Assembly (NCBI GenBank): GCA_016208235.1
Contig: JACQYN010000118.1
Span: 11,891 to 75,890, forward strand
DNA: 64,000 nt
Source of the DNA: Deltaproteobacteria bacterium
Lineage (GTDB): Bacteria; Desulfobacterota; Desulfobaccia; Desulfobaccales; 0-14-0-80-60-11
Reading direction: 5' to 3'
A program made the translations under genes and the position numbers. The notes beneath the pieces are model-generated. The model worked only from the letters and a program-made list of their open reading frames with translations, was not told the origin of the DNA and did no database searches. The stretch's first letter is position 1, and each line of letters opens with the position of its first letter. Shown piece after piece: positions 1 to 8,996 of this stretch.

Positions 1-3
1 CCT

Positions 4-38
4 CTGGCCCCTGGCCCCTGACCCCTGGCCCCTGCCCT
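4..38. repeat. 7-nt tandem array (CTGGCCC/CTGACCC) x5
   Basis: ctggccc ctggccc ctgaccc ctggccc ctgccct, ending exactly at the stop codon (39-41) of the minus-strand gene. Confidence 0.9.
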
Positions 39-1112
39 TCACCCCCGCACCCAATGGCGTCCTTCCAGGAGCGCGGCCAGGGACAGGAAGTTATAGGGAT
101 GGAGCAGGGTGCCCAGGCCTTTGAGCCACCGGCCCTGGCCCCAGGCCTTGAGGGTATCCGCCACTGATACGGCCACGTATTGGAAGACGCTGGGGTCCCG
201 GTAGCAGTCGATGACGCAGGCGGTGCAGTTGTCGCGCACCGGGGTTATCTGATGGATTTCTTCCAGGGGGCCCAGGGTTTCCCCTACAAAATGACAGCGG
301 GAAACCTGGAGATGCCAGTCCACAAAGAAATATTTATAGCCCGCCAGGCAGGGGAAGCGCACACTCTGGCCCCGGAGTTGGCGTTGCAGTTCGCTCAGGC
401 CCAACCTGGGGTTGAGGATGCTCAGGGGGGAATCTTTTTTTAACTCTTTGATCTCGGTGAACCACCGGTCCAATTCCCTTGGGGTGAAATCCACGGAATA
501 ATGATCGGCAAACCCTAGATAGGAGGAGTTAAGCCGGTTTAAAGGGTAGGAAAAAGTGACCCGGCGAAAGCCCAGGTCTTTTAAGAAATCCATCATTTCC
601 CGGAGATCGCCCAACATCCGGCTCAAGGTCACTGAAGCCACCGGGTCTAGGCCGGCTTGCCGCAGGAGGGGGAGCATCTCCCGGATGTGAGAGGTCAGAC
701 CCGGCAGTCCCCGGTGCTCGTCGTGCTCCTGGGCAGAAGCCGCGTCCAGAGAAATGATTAAGGTATGCAGGTCCAGGGCCTTAAGCTTCTGAATAAGACC
801 GGGCGTGAGCAGGGCCCCGTTGGAACACAGGATGATCTTCAGGCCCAGTCGCCGTCCCCAGTCCAGGGCCGGCAACAGGTCCGGGTAAAGCAGGGGTTCG
901 CCGCCGGTAATGGACAGGTAATGCACCCCGGCTTGCTTTAAGGCTTTTAATCCTTGGAACAGCCGCTCCGGGTCGGCCCCGACCCGGTCCCGGGCGGCCA
1001 CCTGGGGGAAACTGCAAAAACGGCAGCGGGCATTGCAGGCATTGGTGACGGCAATCTGGCAGAATCCAGGCCCGCCTTGCTGGACCAGATGAATCAGTTC
1101 TTTCAGGGTCAT
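39..1112 (-). CDS. radical SAM enzyme with Cys-rich C-terminal (SPASM/twitch-like) region
   Basis: Track ORF 39..1406 trimmed to the ATG at 1112 (MTLKELIH), which overlaps the upstream stop as ATGA (1109-1112). VTNACNARCRFC gives a CX3CX2C motif. GGEPLL motif present. C-terminal cysteines CLAGY..CHF..CTACVIDC. Confidence 0.75.
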   Translation of the reverse strand: MTLKELIHLVQQGGPGFCQIAVTNACNARCRFCSFPQVAARDRVGADPERLFQGLKALKQAGVHYLSITGGEPLLYPDLLPALDWGRRLGLKIILCSNGALLTPGLIQKLKALDLHTLIISLDAASAQEHDEHRGLPGLTSHIREMLPLLRQAGLDPVASVTLSRMLGDLREMMDFLKDLGFRRVTFSYPLNRLNSSYLGFADHYSVDFTPRELDRWFTEIKELKKDSPLSILNPRLGLSELQRQLRGQSVRFPCLAGYKYFFVDWHLQVSRCHFVGETLGPLEEIHQITPVRDNCTACVIDCYRDPSVFQYVAVSVADTLKAWGQGRWLKGLGTLLHPYNFLSLAALLEGRHWVRG

Positions 1113-2566
1113 GGACAACTGCGGCAGGTCCCCTTCTGCTCCTCTGGCGTCTGTCGCCGCCGGAACATGAAGTTTAAGAATTCCCGGCCCTCCCGGAGCA
1201 GCCGCCGCCGTTCCTCCGGGTCCCGGAGCATTATTTTCGCGGCCCGGGCCATATAGCGGGGCCGGAAATAAAAGCGGCGGTAAAACCGGGGCACGGCCTG
1301 GAAGATTTCGGCTGCGGCCAAGCCCGGATAATCCACCACGCACTGTTGATAGCCGGTCTGGCCGTTGACCAGGCTGTCGGCCTGCATATAGCCCTTCTCC
1401 CGGCAATAATCGTAAAACTCGGTGCCCGGGTAAGGTGTGGCCAGGGAGACCTGGATGGTGTCCGGGTCCAATTCGCAGGCAAAGCGGATGGAAGCCTCAA
1501 TGCTTTTTTGGGTCTCTCCGGGGAGGCCCACCATGAAAGTGCCATGCACCTGGATGCCCAGTTCCCGGCACCATTTGACCAAGCGGCGGCCCAGATCCAG
1601 GGTGGCCCCTTTGCGGATATTCTGTAATACCTGGGGGTCGCCGGTCTCAAAGCCCACCACCAGCAGGCGCAGGCCCCCTTCTTTCATGGCCTTTAAGGTT
1701 TCGTAAGAGGTGTTGACCCGGGCGGTGGCGGACCAGGTGAATTTCATATTCCGGAATTCCTTGCTCAGGTCCCGGGCCCGTTCCCCCGCGGCGGTGAAGG
1801 TGTCGTCATCGAAAAAGATCTCCGCGGCCTGGGGGAAGAGTTCTAGTGTCCGGCGCACCTCGGCCACCACGTTGGCAACGCTGCGCACCCGGAAGCGCCG
1901 GCCGGTGAAGGTCTGGGGCCAGAGGCAATAGACACAGTGGGCCGGGCAGCCCCGGCCCGTATAAAAAGAGACATAGGGATAGCGGAGGTAGGGAATGTTG
2001 TAATGCTCCATGACCAGGTCCCGGTGGTAAATCTCAGTGACCATGGGCAGCGCGTCCAGGTCCTCGATCCAGGAGCGATCCGGGTTATGTTTGATCTGGC
2101 CGTTTTGCCGGTAGCTGATCCCCTGAATCTCTGCCCAGGTCTTTCCTTGGGCCACCTCCAGGATGGCATAGTCAAACTCCCGGCGGGCCACAAAGTCCAC
2201 CTGGGGCCCCGCGGCCAGGGATTCCCCGGGCAGGACGCTCACCTGGGGACCCACCAGGCCCGCCAGCAATTTGGGGTTTTCTTCTTTAAGGCGGGTAATG
2301 GTCGCCAGGTCATGCTGAAAAGAAGGACTGGTGGTGAACAGGACCGCCAGGTCGAAGTCCCGGGCCATGGTGGCCACCTGGGAAGCTGTCATATTCTCCG
2401 GGGGCGCGTCCACCACCCGGCTCTCGGGAATGAGCCCCGCGGGGTAGCAGAGCCAGGTGGGATACCAGAAGGAGGTCACCTCCCGGGTGGCCTGGTAGCG
2501 GGAACCCGCGCCGCCGTCAAAGTCTTGAAAAGAAGGAGGGTTTAGCAACAGGGTGCGTTTCATCAA
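1109..2566 (-). CDS. B12-binding-domain radical SAM enzyme, HpnJ-like
   Basis: 485 aa. The N-terminus MMKRTLLLNPPSFQDFDGGAGSRYQATREVTSFWYPTWL and the core YTGRGCPAHCVYCLWP (CX3CX2C) match my recollection of the HpnJ family. The family call is from memory, not searched. Confidence 0.8.
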   Translation of the reverse strand: MMKRTLLLNPPSFQDFDGGAGSRYQATREVTSFWYPTWLCYPAGLIPESRVVDAPPENMTASQVATMARDFDLAVLFTTSPSFQHDLATITRLKEENPKLLAGLVGPQVSVLPGESLAAGPQVDFVARREFDYAILEVAQGKTWAEIQGISYRQNGQIKHNPDRSWIEDLDALPMVTEIYHRDLVMEHYNIPYLRYPYVSFYTGRGCPAHCVYCLWPQTFTGRRFRVRSVANVVAEVRRTLELFPQAAEIFFDDDTFTAAGERARDLSKEFRNMKFTWSATARVNTSYETLKAMKEGGLRLLVVGFETGDPQVLQNIRKGATLDLGRRLVKWCRELGIQVHGTFMVGLPGETQKSIEASIRFACELDPDTIQVSLATPYPGTEFYDYCREKGYMQADSLVNGQTGYQQCVVDYPGLAAAEIFQAVPRFYRRFYFRPRYMARAAKIMLRDPEERRRLLREGREFLNFMFRRRQTPEEQKGTCRSCP

Positions 2567-2860
2567 TTACCTCTTAAGGTCGCGCAGAAACTCAATGATA
2601 GCCGGATATTATCCAAGACGTCCCGGTTTGTCCAGGGAAAGAAGGCAATTTTAAAAATAGGGACAGACGCTATTTATTCCGCCCCCTGAGCCCAGGCCCC
2701 CTGCCTTTCAGTCTTTAAAAAATAGCCTCTTTCCCTATTTTTCCCTTTTATTATGTTTAAAATTTAGAAATGAACTTTTGCACTTATCCCAAGATGATTA
2801 TTATTGGGAAAGAGGGAAATTTTTCCTGCGAAATATCGATTTATGCAACCAGGCAACTTA

Positions 2861-2920
2861 TCGATAATCTTTATCTTTTAACCGAAAACCGAAAACTGAA
2901 AACCGAAAACGGTATTAAAA
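2861..2920. repeat. (CGAAAAC)n 7-nt array with conserved flanks, forming the copA leader
   Basis: ttatcgataatc...tta-ACCGAAAACCGAAAACTGAAAACCGAAAAC-GGTATTAAAA followed directly by the ATG of copA. Confidence 0.9.
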
Positions 2921-5131
2921 ATGCCCAAAGAAACCACGGAAGTCACCCTCACCCTGGAAGGCATGCACTGCGCTTCCTGTGTGGCCCGGGTGGAAAGGGC
3001 CCTGAGCGGGGTGCCCGGGGTGGAGCAGGCCCTGGTCAACCTGGCCACCCGCCAGGCTAAGGTCAGGTACGACGCACAGCAGACCGCGGTGGAAAACTTG
3101 CAGGCCGTGGTCCATGATGCTGGCTATGAGGTTACCGGCTGGGCTCTGGAAGCCCCTCCACCCGTTTCTCCGGAGATCGAGGCCCAAAACCTTAAGCGCC
3201 GTTTTCTCCTGGCCCTGATCTTGAGCCTCCCCGTCTTTCTGGGGGCCATGGTGCCGCCTCTGCCGGGGTGGTTGGGCCTGAAGCCGGAGCCCCTGGCTTA
3301 TCTGCTCCTGATCTTCACCACCCCGGTGTTGTTCTATTCCGGCGCGCCTTTTTTCCGGGGCGCGCTGAGCGCAGCCCGCCACGCCGCGGCTAATATGGAT
3401 ACCCTGGTGGCCCTGGGGACCAGCGCCGCATACTTTTATTCCGCGTGGGTGACTTTTTGGCCCCAATCAGTGGTTGCTCCCGGCAAAAGCCCGGACCTCT
3501 ACTTCGACACCACGGCCATGATTATCACCTTCATCCTCCTGGGCCGCTGGCTGGAGGCCCGCACCCGGGGCCGGGCCTCCCAGGCCATCCGCCGCCTCTT
3601 CGCCCTGGCCCCGCCCAACGCCCGCATCCGCCGGGAAGGCCTGGAATTGGAGGTGCCCCTGGAGCAGGTGCTGGTGGGGGACTTGATGACCGTGCGCCCC
3701 GGAGAGAAGATCCCGGTGGACGGGGTGGTGGTGGAGGGCGCGTCCAGCGTGGACGAATCCATGCTCACCGGGGAGAGCGTGCCGGTGGCCAAGGAACCGG
3801 GCGCCGAAGTCTGGGGGGCCACCCTCAACCAGCGAGGGTTTCTGGTCTTTAAGGCCACCCGGGTGGGCCGGGACATGGTGCTCTCGCAGATCATCCGCCT
3901 GGTGGAAGAGGCCCAGACCAGTAAGGCCCCCATTGAACGCCTGGTGGACCGGGTGGCGGGGATTTTCGTCCCTGTGGTCATGGGCCTGGCCGGCCTCACC
4001 TTCCTGGGTTGGCTGGTCTGGGGCCCGGCCCCGGCTCTCACCCCGGCCCTGGTCAGCATGGTGGCGGTCCTTATCATCGCCTGCCCCTGCGCCATGGGCC
4101 TGGCCACCCCCACCGCGGTGATGGTGGGCTCCGGCCGGGGCGCGGAAATGGGCATCCTGCTGCGGGGCGGCGAACCCCTGGAGCGGGCCTACCGCCTCAC
4201 CGCGGTGGTCTTCGACAAGACCGGCACCCTCACTCAAGGCCGCCCCCAGGTCACGGACATCCTGGCCTGGGAAGGCTGGCCTGAAGACCAGGTCCTGGCC
4301 TGGGCCGCGGCCGTGGAAGAAAAATCGGAACATCCCCTGGCGGAGGCTGTAACCCACGCCGCGGCCCACCGGCAACTACCGCTGCCGCTGGTGGCGGAGT
4401 TTCAGGCCATTCCGGGGCTGGGAGTCAAGGCTAGAATTGAAGGGCAGGAAGTACTCCTGGGCAATCTCACCTTCCTTAATCGGGAAAATATTCTGGTTCA
4501 GGCCCTCACCCCCCACCAGGAGCGCTTGGCCCAGGAAGGCAAAACCACCATCTTCCTGGTGGCCGGGGGTAAACCGGTGGGGCTGCTGGCCGCCGCGGAT
4601 ACCCTGAAACCGGGAGCCAAGGCGGCTGTGGCCGCGATCCAGGCCATGAATCTGAAAGTTGTCCTCCTCAGCGGCGACAACCGCCTGGCCGTGGAGGCTG
4701 CAGCCCGCACCGTGGGCATCTCCGAAGTGCTGGCGGAAGTCCTTCCCGGGGACAAGGCCCGCAAGGTCGCAGAATTGCAAGCTGCCGGGGAGACCGTGGC
4801 CATGGTGGGAGACGGCATTAACGACGCCCCGGCCCTGGCCCAGGCCGATGTGGGCATAGCCCTGGGCACCGGCGCGGACGTGGCCGCGGAAGCCGCGGAC
4901 CTGACCCTCATCCGGGACGACCTGACCCTCATCCCTCAGGCCATTCACCTCTCCCGGAAAATGATGCGCATCATCCGCCAGAACCTCTTTTGGGCCTTCT
5001 GTTACAACGTGGTGGCCATCCCCGCGGCTTCCCTGGGGCTGCTCAACCCGGCCATCGCCGCCGCGGCCATGGCGATGAGTTCGGTGAGCGTGGTTACAAA
5101 TTCCCTGCGCCTCCGGCGTTTTCGAGGGTAG
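2921..5131 (+). CDS. copA: copper-translocating P1B-type ATPase
   Basis: N-terminal HMA motif [11 protein letters not shown] motif ([13 protein letters not shown]), DKTGTLT phosphorylation site, GDGINDAP hinge. 736 aa. Confidence 0.95.
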   Translation: MPKETTEVTLTLEGMHCASCVARVERALSGVPGVEQALVNLATRQAKVRYDAQQTAVENLQAVVHDAGYEVTGWALEAPPPVSPEIEAQNLKRRFLLALILSLPVFLGAMVPPLPGWLGLKPEPLAYLLLIFTTPVLFYSGAPFFRGALSAARHAAANMDTLVALGTSAAYFYSAWVTFWPQSVVAPGKSPDLYFDTTAMIITFILLGRWLEARTRGRASQAIRRLFALAPPNARIRREGLELEVPLEQVLVGDLMTVRPGEKIPVDGVVVEGASSVDESMLTGESVPVAKEPGAEVWGATLNQRGFLVFKATRVGRDMVLSQIIRLVEEAQTSKAPIERLVDRVAGIFVPVVMGLAGLTFLGWLVWGPAPALTPALVSMVAVLIIACPCAMGLATPTAVMVGSGRGAEMGILLRGGEPLERAYRLTAVVFDKTGTLTQGRPQVTDILAWEGWPEDQVLAWAAAVEEKSEHPLAEAVTHAAAHRQLPLPLVAEFQAIPGLGVKARIEGQEVLLGNLTFLNRENILVQALTPHQERLAQEGKTTIFLVAGGKPVGLLAAADTLKPGAKAAVAAIQAMNLKVVLLSGDNRLAVEAAARTVGISEVLAEVLPGDKARKVAELQAAGETVAMVGDGINDAPALAQADVGIALGTGADVAAEAADLTLIRDDLTLIPQAIHLSRKMMRIIRQNLFWAFCYNVVAIPAASLGLLNPAIAAAAMAMSSVSVVTNSLRLRRFRG

Positions 5132-5137
5132 ACTTTT

Positions 5138-5219
5138 TGGTGGGGCGGGCCTCTGTGCCCGCCCAAATTAAGAGAGGCAATCAGGCAATTTTTGGCGGGC
5201 ACGGAGGCCCGCCCCACCA
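5138..5219. repeat. 82-bp palindrome of the GGCGGGC...GCCCGCC family
   Basis: TGGTGGGGCGGGCCTCTGTGCCCGCC ... GGCGGGCACGGAGGCCCGCCCCACCA, 7 nt after the copA stop. Related hairpins at 6509-6532, 11033-11100, 13848-13868, 25455-25478, 40245-40269 and 57811-57836. Confidence 0.9.
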
Positions 5220-5372
5220 TATTTTAAATGGTAACAGATAAAGCCAACACCTGCCTCCCATGTTGAAAAGCCCCTTGGACAAAAAAGTCCTTGCCTGGCG
5301 TGAAATCCATTCTTATTTTTAGAAAAAAGTCTTCCATAACCCCGCTAACCCAAGATTGCACGGAGAAAAATC

Positions 5373-5870
5373 ATGCGAAAAATGCTGGTTCCACTAATTT
5401 TGGCAGGTCTGGCCGCGCTGTGCCTCACCGCCTCCGCCCAAAAGTACCCGCCTCCCACCACTTCGGGCGGCTCGGGGGAGGCCCTCCTTAACCTGGACAA
5501 TACCGTAGCGGTGCACGGCTACGACCCCACGGCCTATTTCACCGACAAGCGCGCCATCAAGGGCAACCAGCGGATTAACGAAAGGGTGGGAAGCGCCACC
5601 TACTATTTCCATTCCCGGGCATCCCGCTACGAGTTCCTGAGTAATGCCCCACAATACCAGCCTCAGTTCGGCGGTTACTGCGCCACCTCCATGTCCTTCG
5701 GGCGCCTGGAGGACATTAACCCCCATATTTTCGCCGTGTACAACGGCAAACTTTATCTTTTCCGGGACCCGGAGGCCCAGGCGCGGTTCTGGGCCAACCC
5801 GGAGAGGATCATCCGGGACGCCACCTTCAACTATTTCGAGATGGCCAGGCAGAAACGCGAGAGGTATTGA
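5373..5870 (+). CDS. secreted YHS-domain-like protein
   Basis: Signal peptide (LAALCLTASA). GYDPTAYF..YYF..PQFGGYC pattern typical of YHS-type domains. Lies next to copA. Confidence 0.6.
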   Translation: MRKMLVPLILAGLAALCLTASAQKYPPPTTSGGSGEALLNLDNTVAVHGYDPTAYFTDKRAIKGNQRINERVGSATYYFHSRASRYEFLSNAPQYQPQFGGYCATSMSFGRLEDINPHIFAVYNGKLYLFRDPEAQARFWANPERIIRDATFNYFEMARQKRERY

Positions 5871-5944
5871 GAGGGAATGCTTGCAGTTTGATCGCTAACC
5901 CAATAGAGTGTAGGCAATTTTTACCATGACCGGAGGGCGGCACC

Positions 5945-6490
5945 ATGACGAAAAAAGTTTTGGTCGCACTGGGGTTCGTGGCGGCAATCATCATCCTCTT
6001 GGTTTTCTACTTTTTTTACTCCGGAGCCCCGCCGTTTAAAGGCATGGAGAAACCGAAGACCCCCGAGGTAAAATCCCAGGCCGCCCCCGAGGTAAAGGAA
6101 AAGCCCACTCCTGCGCCCGCTTTACCGCCCTCCCCCGCTCCCCCAGAAAAACCCCAGCCCCAACCGGGTGCTCCTCCGGAAAAATCTTTAACCAAACCGG
6201 AGGCTGCTTCCCCGGCCCCTGAAAAAACCTTGCTGCCCCCCTTGGAACCTAAAAAAGAATCAGGGCTCCTGGCGGGTAGTTACCGAAGGTATGCCGATGC
6301 CGCCAAGATGATGGAAAAACTGAAAAAACAGGGCCAACCCGCGTTTATCCGCCGGGAAAAAGGGAAATATCAGGTGTGGGTGGGTCCTTTCTCCACCCCC
6401 GAAGAAGCCCAGGCGGCAGCCAAGGCGCTTAAAGGGAAAGCAAAAATTCCCTCAAAAATCCACCAAATCGAGACCCCGGTGCCCAAATAA
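5945..6490 (+). CDS. SPOR-domain membrane protein
   Basis: N-terminal TM helix, Pro/Glu/Lys-rich linker, and a C-terminal SPOR-like fold (GSYRRYADAAKMMEKLKKQGQPAFIRREKGKYQVWVGPFSTPEEAQAAAKAL). Confidence 0.75.
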   Translation: MTKKVLVALGFVAAIIILLVFYFFYSGAPPFKGMEKPKTPEVKSQAAPEVKEKPTPAPALPPSPAPPEKPQPQPGAPPEKSLTKPEAASPAPEKTLLPPLEPKKESGLLAGSYRRYADAAKMMEKLKKQGQPAFIRREKGKYQVWVGPFSTPEEAQAAAKALKGKAKIPSKIHQIETPVPK

Positions 6491-6650
6491 CCTGCGGGGG
6501 CAAGGGCCGTGGGGCGGGCCTCCGGGCCCGCCGGCGCCAACTTGGCCCCCCCGCTCATTTCCTGTCGCCCTTCCCGGTTTGAATCTCTCGCATCAATGAT
6601 TAACGTTCAATAACTGGGGAAAATAATCTTATACCAGGTGCCATGCAAGA

Positions 6651-6703
6651 GGTAGCACAGGCTTTCCAGCCTGTGCCGGCGCAGGCTAAAGCCTGCGGCT
6701 ACC
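6651..6703. repeat. double hairpin of the CACAGGC...GCCTGTG family
   Basis: GGTAGCACAGGCTTTCCAGCCTGTGCCGGCGCAGGCTAAAGCCTGCGGCTACC. Related hairpins at 14131-14152, 25407-25430, 52820-52843, 53038-53060 and 57888-57910. Confidence 0.9.
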
Positions 6704-6750
6704 AAGCATTACCGTTTGCAGGCTAACTGATATTAGGGGCAGGGTGCTCT

Positions 6751-7128
6751 ATGCGCATATTTCCTGTGATAATACTGGCCGTCCTCCTCTTGGCCGGTTG
6801 TTCCGTGGGCATGGCCCTGTACGGCCATTCCGAGCCGGATTTGCGAAACATCCAGGTGGGCAAGGATCGTAAAGAGGTGGAATCCTACCTGGGAAAGCCG
6901 GTGAAGACGAAAACCGAGGATTGGCGAACCATCGCCGTTTATAAATACCAGGTGGGCAATGAACCCGCGCCGGCCCGGGCGGGGATGCACGCCATCCTGG
7001 ACGTGGGCACCTTGGGCCTCTGGGAATTCATCGGCACCCCCATTGAACTGATCAAGGGGAGCACCCGACGGCTCACTGTTATCTATGGACCGGACAATAA
7101 GGTCGTGGAGATTAAGAAAGGCGGCTGA
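6751..7128 (+). CDS. small lipoprotein, unknown function
   Basis: Lipobox LLLAGC after a hydrophobic leader. 125 aa. No family recognised. Confidence 0.6.
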   Translation: MRIFPVIILAVLLLAGCSVGMALYGHSEPDLRNIQVGKDRKEVESYLGKPVKTKTEDWRTIAVYKYQVGNEPAPARAGMHAILDVGTLGLWEFIGTPIELIKGSTRRLTVIYGPDNKVVEIKKGG

Positions 7129-7137
7129 CTGTAAAAT

Positions 7138-7361
7138 ACGGTTTTCATTTTTTGGTTTTCAGTTTTCAATTAAAAAAAGTTGGACTATCCATGGTTATGG
7201 GCGGAGTCATCACTCTGCTTATCTGCTTTCCCCAACCCACCCATATAAGTCAGCCGGGGAATTCGGGGCTGCAGCGCCGACTTCTCCGGCTGCTAATCAA
7301 TTCAACATCTGATATCTCGATATTATTTAACCGAAAACCGAAAACCGAAAACTGAAAACTG
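7138..7361. repeat. ~225-bp element bounded by inverted (CGAAAAC)n arrays (MITE-like)
   Basis: Left arm acggttttcattttttggttttcagttttc (7138-7172). Right arm aaccgaaaaccgaaaaccgaaaactgaaaactg (7329-7361). Fills the spacer between two convergent genes. Confidence 0.85.
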
Positions 7362-7363
7362 TA

Positions 7364-8827
7364 TCATTCCCCCTCCACCAACAGCTTATAGAGGTTCAGG
7401 TAGGCGGACGCGGACCTTTCCCAGGAGAAGTCCTGGGACATGGCGTTTTCCACGAGACGGCGCCATTGCTTCTGATTCTTGTAAGCCTTCAGGGCCGCGT
7501 TGATGGCCGCCGCGAAGGCTTCCGGGGTGTAGTCGGTGAACAGGAAGCCGGTGCCCGAGCCTACGGCCGGGTCGGCCTGGGCCACGGTGTCGGCCAGGCC
7601 GCCGGTGGCCCGGACAATGGGAATGGTGCCGTATTTTAGGGAATACATCTGGTTGAGGCCGCAGGGCTCAAACCGGGAGGGCATGAGGAACATGTCCGCG
7701 CCGGCTTCCATGAGGTGAGCCAGGGCGTTGTCGAACGCGATCTTCACTCCCAGTTTGCCGGGGTATTTGGGGGCTTCCTGGGCCAGCCAGCGGTGGTATT
7801 TTTCCTCCCCGGTGCCCAGGATGACCACCATCAGGTCCTGGTCCAGGAGTTCCGGGAGCATCGCGGCCACCAGGTCGAAGCCTTTCTGGTCCGCCAGACG
7901 GGAGATCATGGCCAGGATGGGGGCCTTGGACAGCTTGGGGTCCAGATTGAAGGCCTCCATCAGCGCGGCCTTGTTCTTGGCCTTGCCCGCGAGGTTGCCC
8001 TTGCTGAAGGTGGCGGGGATGAGGCGATCGTTTTCCGGGCTCCAATCCTGATAATCCACCCCGTTCAAAATGCCGTGCAGGGCAGAGGCCCGGGCCCGCA
8101 GCAAGCCTTCCAGGCCGTAGCCGAACTCCGGGGTCTGAATCTCTTCGCTGTAGCCGACGCTGACGGTGGTGATGGCGTCGGCAAAGACGATCCCCCCTTT
8201 GAGCAGGCTGATCTGGTCGTAATATTCCAGGCCGTCAATACCGAACAGGGACCAGTCCAGGCCCAGAAGAGGAAATTTCTCTTTATAAAAAAGCCCCTGG
8301 TAGGCCAGATTATGAATGGTGAGCACGGTCTTGGCCCCGTTCAGAATTTCCGCCCCCTGCCATCGGTGGCGCAGGTAAACCGGAACCAAGGAAGACTGCC
8401 AGTCGTGGCAATGGATCACATCCGGCTGAAAGCCCAGGTTCTGGCAAACCGGCAGGATGGTGGAGCAGAAAAAAGAAAAGCGCTCCAGGTTGTCGAAATA
8501 ATCGCCTTTGGGCGTGCCGTAAAGCTGAGAGCGTTCAAAGAACTCATCCCGCTCCACGAAATAAAAGGGGTAATCGCCGGACTCGGGGGTCTTCACATCA
8601 AAGGCCAGCCCGGTTCCCCCCAAATGCCCTTCCAGGTTTTCCGCCACCGTGGTCATGGGAATCTTGCCCTGCTTGACCATGCCGTAATAAGGCATGAGGA
8701 CCCGGACGTCTGAGCCCAGGTCCTTCAGGGCGTTAGGCAGGGTGCCCACCACGTCGGCCAACCCCCCGGTCTTGGCAAAAGGCACCGCTTCCGAGGCAAC
8801 AAACAACACCCGCAAATTCCGCGCCAT
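7364..8827 (-). CDS. glgA: glycogen synthase
   Basis: 487 aa. N-terminal VLFVASEAVPFAKTGGLADVVGTLP motif and overall GT5 glycogen synthase pattern. AAGGAGG Shine-Dalgarno upstream. Confidence 0.95.
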   Translation of the reverse strand: MARNLRVLFVASEAVPFAKTGGLADVVGTLPNALKDLGSDVRVLMPYYGMVKQGKIPMTTVAENLEGHLGGTGLAFDVKTPESGDYPFYFVERDEFFERSQLYGTPKGDYFDNLERFSFFCSTILPVCQNLGFQPDVIHCHDWQSSLVPVYLRHRWQGAEILNGAKTVLTIHNLAYQGLFYKEKFPLLGLDWSLFGIDGLEYYDQISLLKGGIVFADAITTVSVGYSEEIQTPEFGYGLEGLLRARASALHGILNGVDYQDWSPENDRLIPATFSKGNLAGKAKNKAALMEAFNLDPKLSKAPILAMISRLADQKGFDLVAAMLPELLDQDLMVVILGTGEEKYHRWLAQEAPKYPGKLGVKIAFDNALAHLMEAGADMFLMPSRFEPCGLNQMYSLKYGTIPIVRATGGLADTVAQADPAVGSGTGFLFTDYTPEAFAAAINAALKAYKNQKQWRRLVENAMSQDFSWERSASAYLNLYKLLVEGE

Positions 8828-8842
8828 AGCCCCTCCTTAGGA

Positions 8843-8900
8843 CGGTTTTCAGTTTTCGGTTTTCGGTTTTCGGTTATAAATATATCGAATAATCGTATGG
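8843..8900. repeat. (GTTTTCG)n array plus ATCGA-box flank in the glgA leader
   Basis: acggttttcagttttcggttttcggttttcggtt ataaatatatcgaataatcg. Inverted relative to 7329-7361. Confidence 0.9.
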
Positions 8901-8964
8901 TTAAATTAAGCGTCGTCCTCTCAAGGGATCAGTGGCCAGAAAATATGGATTTTTTGCTACTAAT

Positions 8965-8996
8965 CCCTGGCCCCTGACCCCTGACCCCTGGCCCCT
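8965..8996. repeat. 7-nt tandem array (CCCTGGC/CCCTGAC)
   Basis: Same family as 4-38. Overlaps the stop codon (8995-8997) of the NYN gene. A complementary-orientation copy lies at 57751-57771. Confidence 0.9.

Noticed and set aside
2770-3060. 96-aa ORF spanning the AT-rich copA leader and running into copA
   Set aside because: It starts in non-coding AT-rich DNA containing the heptamer array and then reads copA out of frame. No Shine-Dalgarno and no motifs.
3467-4375. 302-aa and 218-aa minus-strand ORFs inside copA
   Set aside because: They are antisense to a confidently identified P-type ATPase. Composition is Arg/Gly/His-rich with no motifs.
7715-8713. 332-aa plus-strand ORF
   Set aside because: It is antisense to glgA. 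It is a GC-rich shadow ORF with no recognisable domain.
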